This document shows, in pieces, positions 1 through 9,628 of a DNA stretch of 64,000 nucleotides. Origin of the DNA: Deltaproteobacteria bacterium (GTDB lineage: Bacteria; Myxococcota_A; UBA9160; UBA4427). A model generated the notes under the pieces. That model saw only the letters and a program-made list of their open reading frames with translations, was not told the origin of the DNA and did no database searches. The stretch spans positions 132,666-196,665 of the forward strand of contig JAJDAO010000026.1 of NCBI GenBank assembly GCA_029261835.1, in the 5' to 3' direction. Positions within the stretch are counted from its first letter, which is position 1. Each line of letters starts with the position of its first letter. A program made the position numbers and the translations under genes.

Positions 1-549
1 CCCCACCCCCTCCCCGAGCAGCAGGGCGAGCAGCTCCTCGTAGCCGCGGTACTGGGTGAGACCCCGGACTTCGAGCCGTATGCGACTGAGCTCGACGCTG
101 TGCCCGCTCGGCTCGAGCAGCCCCGCGGCCAGCAGCCGCTCCTTCACGCGGTCGACGTCGACCTGCACCTCGACCACCACCACGTACTCGGTGTATGCGT
201 CCGGATCGTCGCTGAACAGAGCAGGCCTCTCACCTTGGTCCTCGAGGATGCGGAAGCTGCGGGTATACGGTGTCACATCGCTGCCGAGCGCCGAGCGGAC
301 GGGATTCGGATCCGGCAGCAGACTGTCGACCAAGAGCCCGGCGGCCACGCGGTAGACACCCTCCCACAGCGCTTCGCCAATGGCCTTCTCCCTGGGCACT
401 TCGCTGTGGCGGGTCTCACTGTCGAGCGCGATCGCCCCAACCACCTCGAGCCGGCGCACCTCCGCCGAAGCGACACTCGCGAGGCAGGCCAACATCGCAA
501 TCAGCAGCGGCAGGCGCCCAGCGGCGCGGGTGGGCTCGGCGGCACTCAC
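1..549 (-). CDS. hypothetical secreted protein (N-terminal part only; gene runs off the left edge)
   Basis: Absent from the ORF track because it has no stop in the window. Reading the minus strand from GTG at 549 (overlapping the dnaE stop as GTGA) gives an uninterrupted 183-codon frame down to position 1. Third positions are GC-rich and there is a signal-peptide-like N-terminus (AAGRLPLLIAMLACLASVASA/EV). No family recognised. Confidence 0.5.
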   Translation of the reverse strand, partial: MSAAEPTRAAGRLPLLIAMLACLASVASAEVRRLEVVGAIALDSETRHSEVPREKAIGEALWEGVYRVAAGLLVDSLLPDPNPVRSALGSDVTPYTRSFRILEDQGERPALFSDDPDAYTEYVVVVEVQVDVDRVKERLLAAGLLEPSGHSVELSRIRLEVRGLTQYRGYEELLALLLGEGVG

Positions 550-3500
550 AGACATCTCTCCGCCACGGGCCGGCCAAACAGCGCGTCGATCTCACGCCGC
601 AGCGTCTCCGATGGCTCCACGCCGCGGACGTTCCCGACCGACAGGATCGTCTCGCTCTCCCCGGCAATGGTGATGTGGAGCCGAACCGAGCAGTCGCCCG
701 GGTGCTGCTGCAGGATGTCGCGCAGGGCAGTCATGCGGTCTCGATTGACGTCCGGCTCGACCACGCTGACCCGCAGGTGCGTGGAGAAGCGCTGCTCGGC
801 CTCGTCCAGGCGCGCGACATCACGCACCAGGACCTTGGGCGGCTCACCGGCCTCGAGCGTGCCCGATACGACCAGCGGAATCGGCCCTCCCTCTGCCCCG
901 TCACTGGCAGAGCGCAGAATCTCCAGATGCTGCATATACGATTCGGAAAACAGAACCAGATCGAAGCTCCCCTCGAGATCCTCCAGAGTACCGAAGCCCA
1001 TTTGCTTCCCACGCTTGGTACGCGTCTCTCGCAGCGAGGTCAAGAGTCCAGCGACGCGCACCTCGCGGCCGTCCTTGCCCTCGACGGTCTTCGCCGTCGT
1101 ATCGCTGAAACGCGCGAGTTCGGTCGCGACCGCGCCCAGTGGGTGCCCGCTGACATAGAAGCCAAGCAGCTCCTTCTCACTCGCCAGGCGCTCGCGCTCA
1201 CTCCAGGCCGTGACCTCGACCAGGGCGGGGGCATCGTTGAGCTCGGCGCCCGGGATGCCTCCGAAGAGGCTCTCCTGGCCGACGGCGCGGTCGCGCTGCT
1301 TGGCGGCTGCGCGCTCCAAGACCGCATCGAGTGAAGCCCAGACGCTGGCGCGATTCGGATGCAGCGAATCGAATACCCCGCACTTGACCAATGCTTCGAT
1401 CACGCGTCGGTTCACTCGCCGCGCGTCTACGCGCTCCGTGAAGTCGAACAGACTCTTGAACGGACCCTCGGCCTCCCGCGTGGCGAGAATGGTCTCGATC
1501 GCGCCTGCCCCGACGTTCTTGATGCCCGAAAAGCCGAAGCGAATCTCACCGCCAACCACGCTGAAATCACGATCGGATTCATTCACATCAGGCGCCAGAA
1601 TCTCGATTCCACTCTCCCGCACATGGGCGATATGGCGCGAGAGCTTGTCATGGTTGGCCGACTCGATGGTGAGCAACGCCGCCATGAACTCTGAGCGGTA
1701 ATTCGCCTTGAGATGAGCCGTCTGATACGTGATGTACGCGTAGGCGGTCGAGTGAGCCTTCGGGAAGCCGTAGCCAGCGAATTCCAGAATCAGATCGAAG
1801 ACATCTCCCGCCTCGCGCTCGTCGATATCGTTCGCGACACAGCCCTCGACGAAGCGAGCACGCTGCGCCTGCATCACCTTGGGCTTCTTCTTCCCCATGG
1901 CCCGCCGAAGGCTGTCGGCCTCCCCGAGGCTGTAGCCGGCCATTCTCTGGGCGATCTGCAGCACCTGGTCCTGGTAGACGATGACGCCGAGGGTCTCCTC
2001 CGTCAGGTCGACGATGCTGGGATGGAGGTATTCGGTCTTGATGGCACCGCTCTTGCGGTTCACAAAGTCGTCCACCATGCCCGACTGCAGAGGGCCGGGC
2101 CGATAGAGCGCCACCAGCGGGATCACCTCGCGGAAGCTGCGCGGCCTGAGCTTGGTCACGAGCTCCGTCATGCCGGACGACTCCATCTGGAAGACGCCCT
2201 CTGTGTCCCCTCGACAGAGCAGGTCGAAGGTTGCGTCGTCGTCCATCGGAATCCGGTTGACGTCGAAGTCCTCGAAGCCCGCCTTGCGCCGGATCATGCG
2301 CTCGACATCGGCCATCAACGTGAGCGTCTTCAGGCCGAGGAAATCGAACTTGATCAGTCCAACCTTCTCCACGCACACCATGTTGAACTGCGACATCACG
2401 TCGCCGGACTTCGGGTCCCGGTACAGCGGGATCATGTCGATCAGGGGCTTGGTGCCGATCACCACTCCGGCGGCGTGCTTGGAAGCGTGACGGGTGATGC
2501 CCTCCAGGCTCCGAGCCGTTTCGATGAGCTGGGCCACCTGGCTGTCGGACTCGATGCGAGCGCGCAGGTCGGGAGATTGCTCGACGGCCTGATCCAGCGA
2601 GATCCCGAGCGTCTCGGGCACGAACTTCGCGATGCGGTCGACGTCGCCGAAGGACATGCCGAGCACGCGACCGACATCGCGAATTGCGGCTCGGGCCTGG
2701 AGCGTTCCGAAGGTGACGATCTGCGCCACCTTCATCTGGTCGTGGCAACCCTCCGGTGCATCGCCCTCGGGCTGTGGACCATCGTACTTCTCGGCCACGT
2801 AGCGAATCACCTGCTCGCGTCCGCGCATACAGAAATCGACGTCGATGTCCGGCATCGAGAGCCGCTCGGGGTTCAGGAAGCGCTCGAAGATGATGTCGTA
2901 CTCGACCGGATCGACATTGGTGATGTTCATCCCGTAGGCGATCAGGCTGCCAGCCGAGCTGCCGCGTCCTGGGCCGACGGGGATCTCGTTATTCTTGGCG
3001 TAATTGATGAAGTCGGCGACGATCAGGAAGTAGCCGGCGAAGCCCATCTGCTTGATCACAGAGAGTTCGTGATTCATGCGTTCGACGTAGACCTTGTGTC
3101 TCGGCTCGTCGAAGGGCTCGTCGGGCTCCATGCCCATCTTTCGCCGCAGGCCCACCCACGCCTGCTGCTCCATGACCTCCTCAAGCGACTTGCCCGGGGG
3201 CACCTGATACTCCGGCATGTGGTAGCTGCCCATCGGGATCTCGACGTCGCAGCGTTCGGCGATGACGAGGCTGTTCTCGACCGCCTCCGGGCAGTCGTGG
3301 AAGACCTGCCTCATCTCATCGCCATCCTTCACGAAGAAGCCATGGCCATCGAATCGAAAGCGCTTCTTGTCGCTCAGGTTGGCCGCGGTACCGATGCAGA
3401 GAAGCGCATCGTGATGCGCGTGGTCGTCCTCCTCGAGGTAGTGCGCGTCGTTCGTCGCCAGCAAGGGGACGTCGAGGTCGAGCGCCATCTTGAAGAGCTC

Positions 3501-4079
3501 GTCGTTCACGACATCTTGACTCGGGATGCCGTGGCGCTGCAGCTCCAGGTAATAGCGATCGCCAAACAGACGTCGAAACTCCTCCGCGACCCGCCATGCC
3601 CGATCGCCCTCGCCGTGCAGGATGGCTCGCGGCACCGGCGCGGACAGGCAGCCCGAGGTGCAGATGAGCCCCTCGTGATGAGTTTCGAGCAGGCTCCAGT
3701 CGATGCGCGGTTTGTAGTAGAACCCCTCGAGGTAGGCTTTAGAAACCAGGTACATCAAGTTTCGGTAACCGACCTGATTCATCGCCAGCAGCAGAAGATG
3801 ATTGATGGCGTCGAAGCCGCCCTCCTCCCGCTGACGCTTCTCGCGATCGAAGCGCGATTGGCCCGCGAAGTAAACCTCACAGCCGATGATCGGCTTCACA
3901 CCGTTGGCGCGCGCCTTCTCGTAGAACTCCACAGTGCCGAACAGGTTGCCGTGGTCCGTCTGGGCCACAGCCGGCATGTTGAGTGCCCGCGCTCGCTCGA
4001 AGAGCGGATTGTGCTTGATCGCGCCGTCGAGCAGCGAGTACTGCGTGTGCAGATGAAGATGGACGAAGGGCTTGGGCAC
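546..4079 (-). CDS. dnaE: DNA polymerase III alpha subunit
   Basis: 1177 aa. N-terminal PHP domain (FVHLHLHTQYSLLDGA), then polymerase core, fingers and OB-fold regions typical of DnaE. Confidence 0.97.
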   Translation of the reverse strand: MPKPFVHLHLHTQYSLLDGAIKHNPLFERARALNMPAVAQTDHGNLFGTVEFYEKARANGVKPIIGCEVYFAGQSRFDREKRQREEGGFDAINHLLLLAMNQVGYRNLMYLVSKAYLEGFYYKPRIDWSLLETHHEGLICTSGCLSAPVPRAILHGEGDRAWRVAEEFRRLFGDRYYLELQRHGIPSQDVVNDELFKMALDLDVPLLATNDAHYLEEDDHAHHDALLCIGTAANLSDKKRFRFDGHGFFVKDGDEMRQVFHDCPEAVENSLVIAERCDVEIPMGSYHMPEYQVPPGKSLEEVMEQQAWVGLRRKMGMEPDEPFDEPRHKVYVERMNHELSVIKQMGFAGYFLIVADFINYAKNNEIPVGPGRGSSAGSLIAYGMNITNVDPVEYDIIFERFLNPERLSMPDIDVDFCMRGREQVIRYVAEKYDGPQPEGDAPEGCHDQMKVAQIVTFGTLQARAAIRDVGRVLGMSFGDVDRIAKFVPETLGISLDQAVEQSPDLRARIESDSQVAQLIETARSLEGITRHASKHAAGVVIGTKPLIDMIPLYRDPKSGDVMSQFNMVCVEKVGLIKFDFLGLKTLTLMADVERMIRRKAGFEDFDVNRIPMDDDATFDLLCRGDTEGVFQMESSGMTELVTKLRPRSFREVIPLVALYRPGPLQSGMVDDFVNRKSGAIKTEYLHPSIVDLTEETLGVIVYQDQVLQIAQRMAGYSLGEADSLRRAMGKKKPKVMQAQRARFVEGCVANDIDEREAGDVFDLILEFAGYGFPKAHSTAYAYITYQTAHLKANYRSEFMAALLTIESANHDKLSRHIAHVRESGIEILAPDVNESDRDFSVVGGEIRFGFSGIKNVGAGAIETILATREAEGPFKSLFDFTERVDARRVNRRVIEALVKCGVFDSLHPNRASVWASLDAVLERAAAKQRDRAVGQESLFGGIPGAELNDAPALVEVTAWSERERLASEKELLGFYVSGHPLGAVATELARFSDTTAKTVEGKDGREVRVAGLLTSLRETRTKRGKQMGFGTLEDLEGSFDLVLFSESYMQHLEILRSASDGAEGGPIPLVVSGTLEAGEPPKVLVRDVARLDEAEQRFSTHLRVSVVEPDVNRDRMTALRDILQQHPGDCSVRLHITIAGESETILSVGNVRGVEPSETLRREIDALFGRPVAERCL

Positions 4080-4083
4080 AGCC

Positions 4084-5646
4084 CTACTCCCACTCGATGG
4101 TGGCCGGCGGCTTGGACGAGATGTCGTACACGACTCGGTTGATTCCCTTCACCTCGTTGATGATACGACTCGCAATCTGTCCCAACACATCCCACGGGAT
4201 GCGGGCGAAGTCCGCCGTCATGGCGTCGCTCGAAGTGACGCAGCGAATCGCTGCTGCATTCTCGTAGGTGCGCGCATCTCCCATCACGCCCACGCTCTGG
4301 ACCGGAAGGAAGACGACCAGCGCCTGCCAGATATCGTCATAGAGCCCAGCGCGCTGGATCTCTTCCCGCATGATGGCATCGGCCTGCCGCAACGGCACGA
4401 GTCTCTCCTGCGTGACCTCGCCCATGATGCGAATCGCGAGCCCAGGACCCGGGAAGGGGTGACGGCCCACGACGCGCTCCGGCAAGCCGAGGCTACGCCC
4501 CAGCTCGCGCACCTCGTCCTTGAAGAGTTCGCGGAGCGGCTCCACCAGCCCGAGGCGCATGCCCTCGGGCAGCCCGCCGACGTTGTGGTGGCTCTTGATG
4601 GTGACCGATGCCCCCTTGACAGAAACACTCTCGATCACGTCCGGGTAGAGCGTCCCCTGAACCAGGAACTCGACATCACCGAGCTTGGCCGCCTCTTCGT
4701 CGAAGACGTCGATGAAGAGCGCGCCGATGATGCGCCGCTTCTGCTCCGGGTCGCTGACTCCGCTGAGCGCCTTCAGGAAGCGCTCGGACGCGTCCACGCT
4801 GATCAGTCGAATGCCCAGCGCGCGTTGGAAGGTCTCCTCCACTCGGCTTCGCTCGTTCTCGCGCATCAGGCCGTGATCGACAAAGATGCAGGTGAGCTGG
4901 TCCCCGACGGCGCGATGGACCAGAGCTGCCGCCACCGAGGAGTCGACGCCGCCCGACAGGCCGCAGATCACATTGCCTCCGCCCACCTGAGCGCGAATCC
5001 CGGCCGCGCTCTCCTGGATGAAGGCTTCCATGGTCCAGTCGGGCTGGCAGCCGCAGATGTCTCGCACGAAGTTCCGGAGAATCTGGGTCCCGTGCGCGGT
5101 GTGGGCCACCTCGGGGTGAAACTGCAGACCCCAGATCGGAAGATCCTCGCTGCGCACGGCGGCGAAAGGCGAATTGCCACTGCTCGCCACGACCTCGAAG
5201 CCGGGCGGGAGCTGCAACACGCTGTCGCCGTGACTCATCCAGACCACGTGCTCTTGCCCCGGGTCCAGGCCAGCCAGCAACGGGTCTTCTCGCTCGAGCT
5301 TCAAGTGCGCACGGCCATACTCTCGGTCGTTCGCGGGCTCCACTCGGCCGCCGAGACGCAACACCAGTAGCTGCAGGCCGTAGCAGATGCCGAGTATGGG
5401 CGGTCCGAGTTCGAGAACGCCGCCGTCAACGTTGGGCGCGTCGTCGTCCAGCACGCTAGACGGCCCCCCCGACAGAATGATGCCGGTCGCTGCAAACGCC
5501 CGTACGTCCTCCAGCGCCATGTCGCCCGGGTGGATCTCGCAGTAGACCTGCTGCTCGCGGATTCGCCTCGCGATGAGCTGCGTGTACTGAGAGCCAAAGT
5601 CGAGAATCAGAATGCGAGAGTGCTGGGGCAAGTGGCTGGCCGGCAT
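4084..5646 (-). CDS. guaA: GMP synthase (glutamine-hydrolysing)
   Basis: GATase-1 N-terminus ([20 protein letters not shown]), PP-loop (SGGVDSS) and GMP synthase C-terminus ending EWE. I prefer ATG at 5646, preceded by GAGGA. The ORF track maximum starts at GTG 5679. Confidence 0.95.
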   Translation of the reverse strand: MPASHLPQHSRILILDFGSQYTQLIARRIREQQVYCEIHPGDMALEDVRAFAATGIILSGGPSSVLDDDAPNVDGGVLELGPPILGICYGLQLLVLRLGGRVEPANDREYGRAHLKLEREDPLLAGLDPGQEHVVWMSHGDSVLQLPPGFEVVASSGNSPFAAVRSEDLPIWGLQFHPEVAHTAHGTQILRNFVRDICGCQPDWTMEAFIQESAAGIRAQVGGGNVICGLSGGVDSSVAAALVHRAVGDQLTCIFVDHGLMRENERSRVEETFQRALGIRLISVDASERFLKALSGVSDPEQKRRIIGALFIDVFDEEAAKLGDVEFLVQGTLYPDVIESVSVKGASVTIKSHHNVGGLPEGMRLGLVEPLRELFKDEVRELGRSLGLPERVVGRHPFPGPGLAIRIMGEVTQERLVPLRQADAIMREEIQRAGLYDDIWQALVVFLPVQSVGVMGDARTYENAAAIRCVTSSDAMTADFARIPWDVLGQIASRIINEVKGINRVVYDISSKPPATIEWE

Positions 5647-5827
5647 GGGGGGACCGATTCCTCTGTCGACGACGCCCACTCAAACCCGGCGCCAACTCTG
5701 CTCGTGCGACCAGCGGATCGGATGCCGCGGAGCGGAGGCGGGAGGGGTCGTCGCGATGCGTACTGGCAGACGGGGGGGTCCAGTGGGAGTCTACTCGATT
5801 CGTGTGACTTCGACTGCACTCTTCTCT

Positions 5828-5877
5828 TCTGGTCCGCTCTGGTCTGGTCTCTTCTGGTCTGCTGAACTGCTCTGGTC
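5828..5877. repeat. five copies of heptamer TCTGGTC (GACCAGA on the minus strand) in the guaB-guaA spacer
   Basis: Copies start at 5828, 5838, 5843, 5853 and 5871, giving spacings of 10, 5, 10 and 18 nt. Counted directly in the sequence. Confidence 0.6.
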
Positions 5878-5978
5878 CTGCGGCTCCTGTGGGTTCGCCT
5901 CGGCTTGTACGCAACCCGCACGCGCCCGCAGCGACCTTCGCCAGTGGCCTCGCGGCGAGCCCCCAGGCAACGTCGACG

Positions 5979-7575
<1,597 letters not shown>

Positions 7576-7591
7576 CCGAACGGCCGGAGTG

Positions 7592-8017
7592 TCAGCTCGC
7601 GAGCTTGTCCAGCCCTTGACGCAGCAGGCCGGCGAATTCGCTCAGCACGGCCTCGGCGAGGCGACAGGCGGTGCGCGGGTAGTCCTCGACGAAACGCCGC
7701 CATGAAGTGCGTGGCAACAGCAGCACCTGGCAGGGCGTCACCGCGAAGGCGGTCGCTTCGTGCGGCCCGAGCGACACCAGCGAGAGAGCCCCGAGTGCGC
7801 TTCCCGCCCCCATGCTCTCGGCGGCTCCCGTGCGTCTGCTCTCGACCCGCACCTCGCCCGAGGCGAGCAGCAGCAGTCCCTCCGCCTCACTGTCTTCTGA
7901 GAAGAGGCGACGCCCGAGCGCCACGGAACGCTCCTCCAGAAACTCCACGAGGACCTCCCGATCCTCGTCCGTGAACTCCGCCAGTAGCGGGAAGTCCTTG
8001 AGGCTGGCTCCGTTCAC
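7592..8017 (-). CDS. cyclic-nucleotide-binding-domain protein (single domain, 141 aa)
   Basis: cNMP-binding-like beta-barrel pattern (FPLLAEFTDEDREVLVEFLEERSVALGRRLFSEDSEAEGLLLLASGEVRV). Its start overlaps the stop of the upstream gene by 4 bp. Confidence 0.8.
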   Translation of the reverse strand: MNGASLKDFPLLAEFTDEDREVLVEFLEERSVALGRRLFSEDSEAEGLLLLASGEVRVESRRTGAAESMGAGSALGALSLVSLGPHEATAFAVTPCQVLLLPRTSWRRFVEDYPRTACRLAEAVLSEFAGLLRQGLDKLAS

Positions 8018-9624
8018 GGCATCAACCGGGTGAACAGGCCGCGCAGCAGCATCGACGGGTCCTTGCCGCTCTCGACCGGGAGCAGAAAGAGCGACGCCTC
8101 GTCGATCAGCGACAGATTCTCTCGCAGCTCTTCCGGGCTGATGCGATCGTCCTTCGCGAGCAGCACGACGTGGAAGATTCGTGCCCTCGGCAGGCGCGAG
8201 AGCGCCGCAGCCACGGCTTCCACGCGTCGCACGGCCTCACCCACGGGACCACTCAGCAGAAACAGGGTGCCGAGCGCACCCGACCCGGCGACCGGCCAGA
8301 ACGGGGTGAAGCTCGGCCGCGTGGGAAGATGAATCAGCTCGATTCCCAGCTGATCGTCGACCGCGACGCGGCCGATGGTTGAGATCTGATCCCCCAGCCC
8401 GTCCCCAGGGCCCGCGGCGTCCGACAGCTCGACACCCGGCACCTGTTCCAGCAGCCGGGTGAAATCCGGTATTGCCTCCGGATGCGAGGCCACGACCAGG
8501 AGCTTGGCGTCCATCGGCACGTCGCGGCCACTCCCATCGTGAAGCCACTCACGCAGCCGCCGCTGCTGGGCCTCATTGAAGAACCGATCACTCGCCGGCC
8601 TCGATTCCGTGACCGGCGGTGGGACCCGACTCAGGCGAACGATGCTCCGCTCCTCCAGGGTATGGAGAGTCCGAAGCACCTGGTAGTCGGGGAACGCGCA
8701 GTGGTCGACCACGTCTCGAACCGTCGTGTAGAGCTCGAGCAGCAGGAGAACCTCCTGCGTCAGGGGGTGGATGATATTGGGAAGCTCCGAGCTCTTGACG
8801 GTGAGCTTGACCGGCGAGTCCAGCGGCGGGAGCTGTGGTGCCAGCCGGTCCCATTCGGCGATCTGTCGCAACCCCTCCATCAACAGCCGGCGGGTCGGTG
8901 CCAGAATCATCGGCGCCTCCCCGCTGGATCCCGGCTCGAACGAGAAGCGCCCCTGCCGCCACGTCAGCAGACGAAACAGCGCCTTCTCCCCGTCCACAGT
9001 CCCGATTTCGGCCTGGATTACCTCTCCGTCTCGGATCACGAGGCTGCCAACCTGCTCGGCCTCACTCTCCCCCGCACCCTGCAGCTCCACGCGGCCGCTG
9101 CGCCGCTGCAGCAACAGGGTCTGCAACAGATCGGGCAACGGAAGCTCGGCCAGCTCTCCGCGAGCAATTCCGCCGCGGTCGTTGGCGGCGTCGAGCAGAT
9201 CGATACGCTCCTGTCGTTCGAAGAGGTCCTCGATGTTGGCAAGGGTCTCTTCGGGTCGCGTGTCGGATGGCAGCAGCCGATCGCCCACCGCCCCCCGCGA
9301 GCCCAGCGTCTCGCCGGGCCCCAGGAAGAGGAAACGTGCGGCGCGGGTCCTCGGATTGGCGCGCAGAATCTCGGCGAGCTTGATGGCGTCAACCAGGGGC
9401 AGGTCGAGCTGCGCCACCACGACCGCAGGTCGCGCGGCGAGCGCGATCTCCAGTGCGGCTGCACCGTGCGGTGCGAGCTTGCACGGATAGCCGGCCGTGG
9501 TGCACGTATCGATGAGGCGCTGCCCGCGCCCCGTGTTTCCATCCGCGACGACGACCAGCCGATTCGTCTCGACCGCGCTGTCCTTAGAGCCCGTTCTCTG
9601 ATTCGACATTGCTCCAGTCATCAT
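8014..9624 (-). CDS. receiver-like / PATAN (DUF4388) / P-loop-less small-GTPase-like multidomain signalling protein
   Basis: 536 aa. N-terminal CheY-like segment (RLVVVADGN...VVVAQLDLPLVDAIKL). Central DUF4388/PATAN signature (GELAELPLPDLLQTLLLQRRSGRVELQ). The C-terminal ~170 aa align by eye to MglA/Ras topology (HLPTRP for DxxG, LLAKDD for NKxD) but have ASHPEAIP where the P-loop should be. Confidence 0.75.
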   Translation of the reverse strand: MMTGAMSNQRTGSKDSAVETNRLVVVADGNTGRGQRLIDTCTTAGYPCKLAPHGAAALEIALAARPAVVVAQLDLPLVDAIKLAEILRANPRTRAARFLFLGPGETLGSRGAVGDRLLPSDTRPEETLANIEDLFERQERIDLLDAANDRGGIARGELAELPLPDLLQTLLLQRRSGRVELQGAGESEAEQVGSLVIRDGEVIQAEIGTVDGEKALFRLLTWRQGRFSFEPGSSGEAPMILAPTRRLLMEGLRQIAEWDRLAPQLPPLDSPVKLTVKSSELPNIIHPLTQEVLLLLELYTTVRDVVDHCAFPDYQVLRTLHTLEERSIVRLSRVPPPVTESRPASDRFFNEAQQRRLREWLHDGSGRDVPMDAKLLVVASHPEAIPDFTRLLEQVPGVELSDAAGPGDGLGDQISTIGRVAVDDQLGIELIHLPTRPSFTPFWPVAGSGALGTLFLLSGPVGEAVRRVEAVAAALSRLPRARIFHVVLLAKDDRISPEELRENLSLIDEASLFLLPVESGKDPSMLLRGLFTRLMP

Positions 9625-9628
9625 CCAA

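Noticed and set aside
1713-4142. Long plus-strand ORFs in the track: 1713-4142, 17354-19423, 22097-23329, 32548-34740, 36899-38452, 41655-44003, 47552-49222 and many shorter ones.
   Set aside because: All lie antisense to minus-strand genes with unmistakable family motifs. Their translations are Arg/Ala/Pro/Gly/His-rich and low in complexity. Such shadow ORFs are expected in GC-rich DNA because stop codons are rare.
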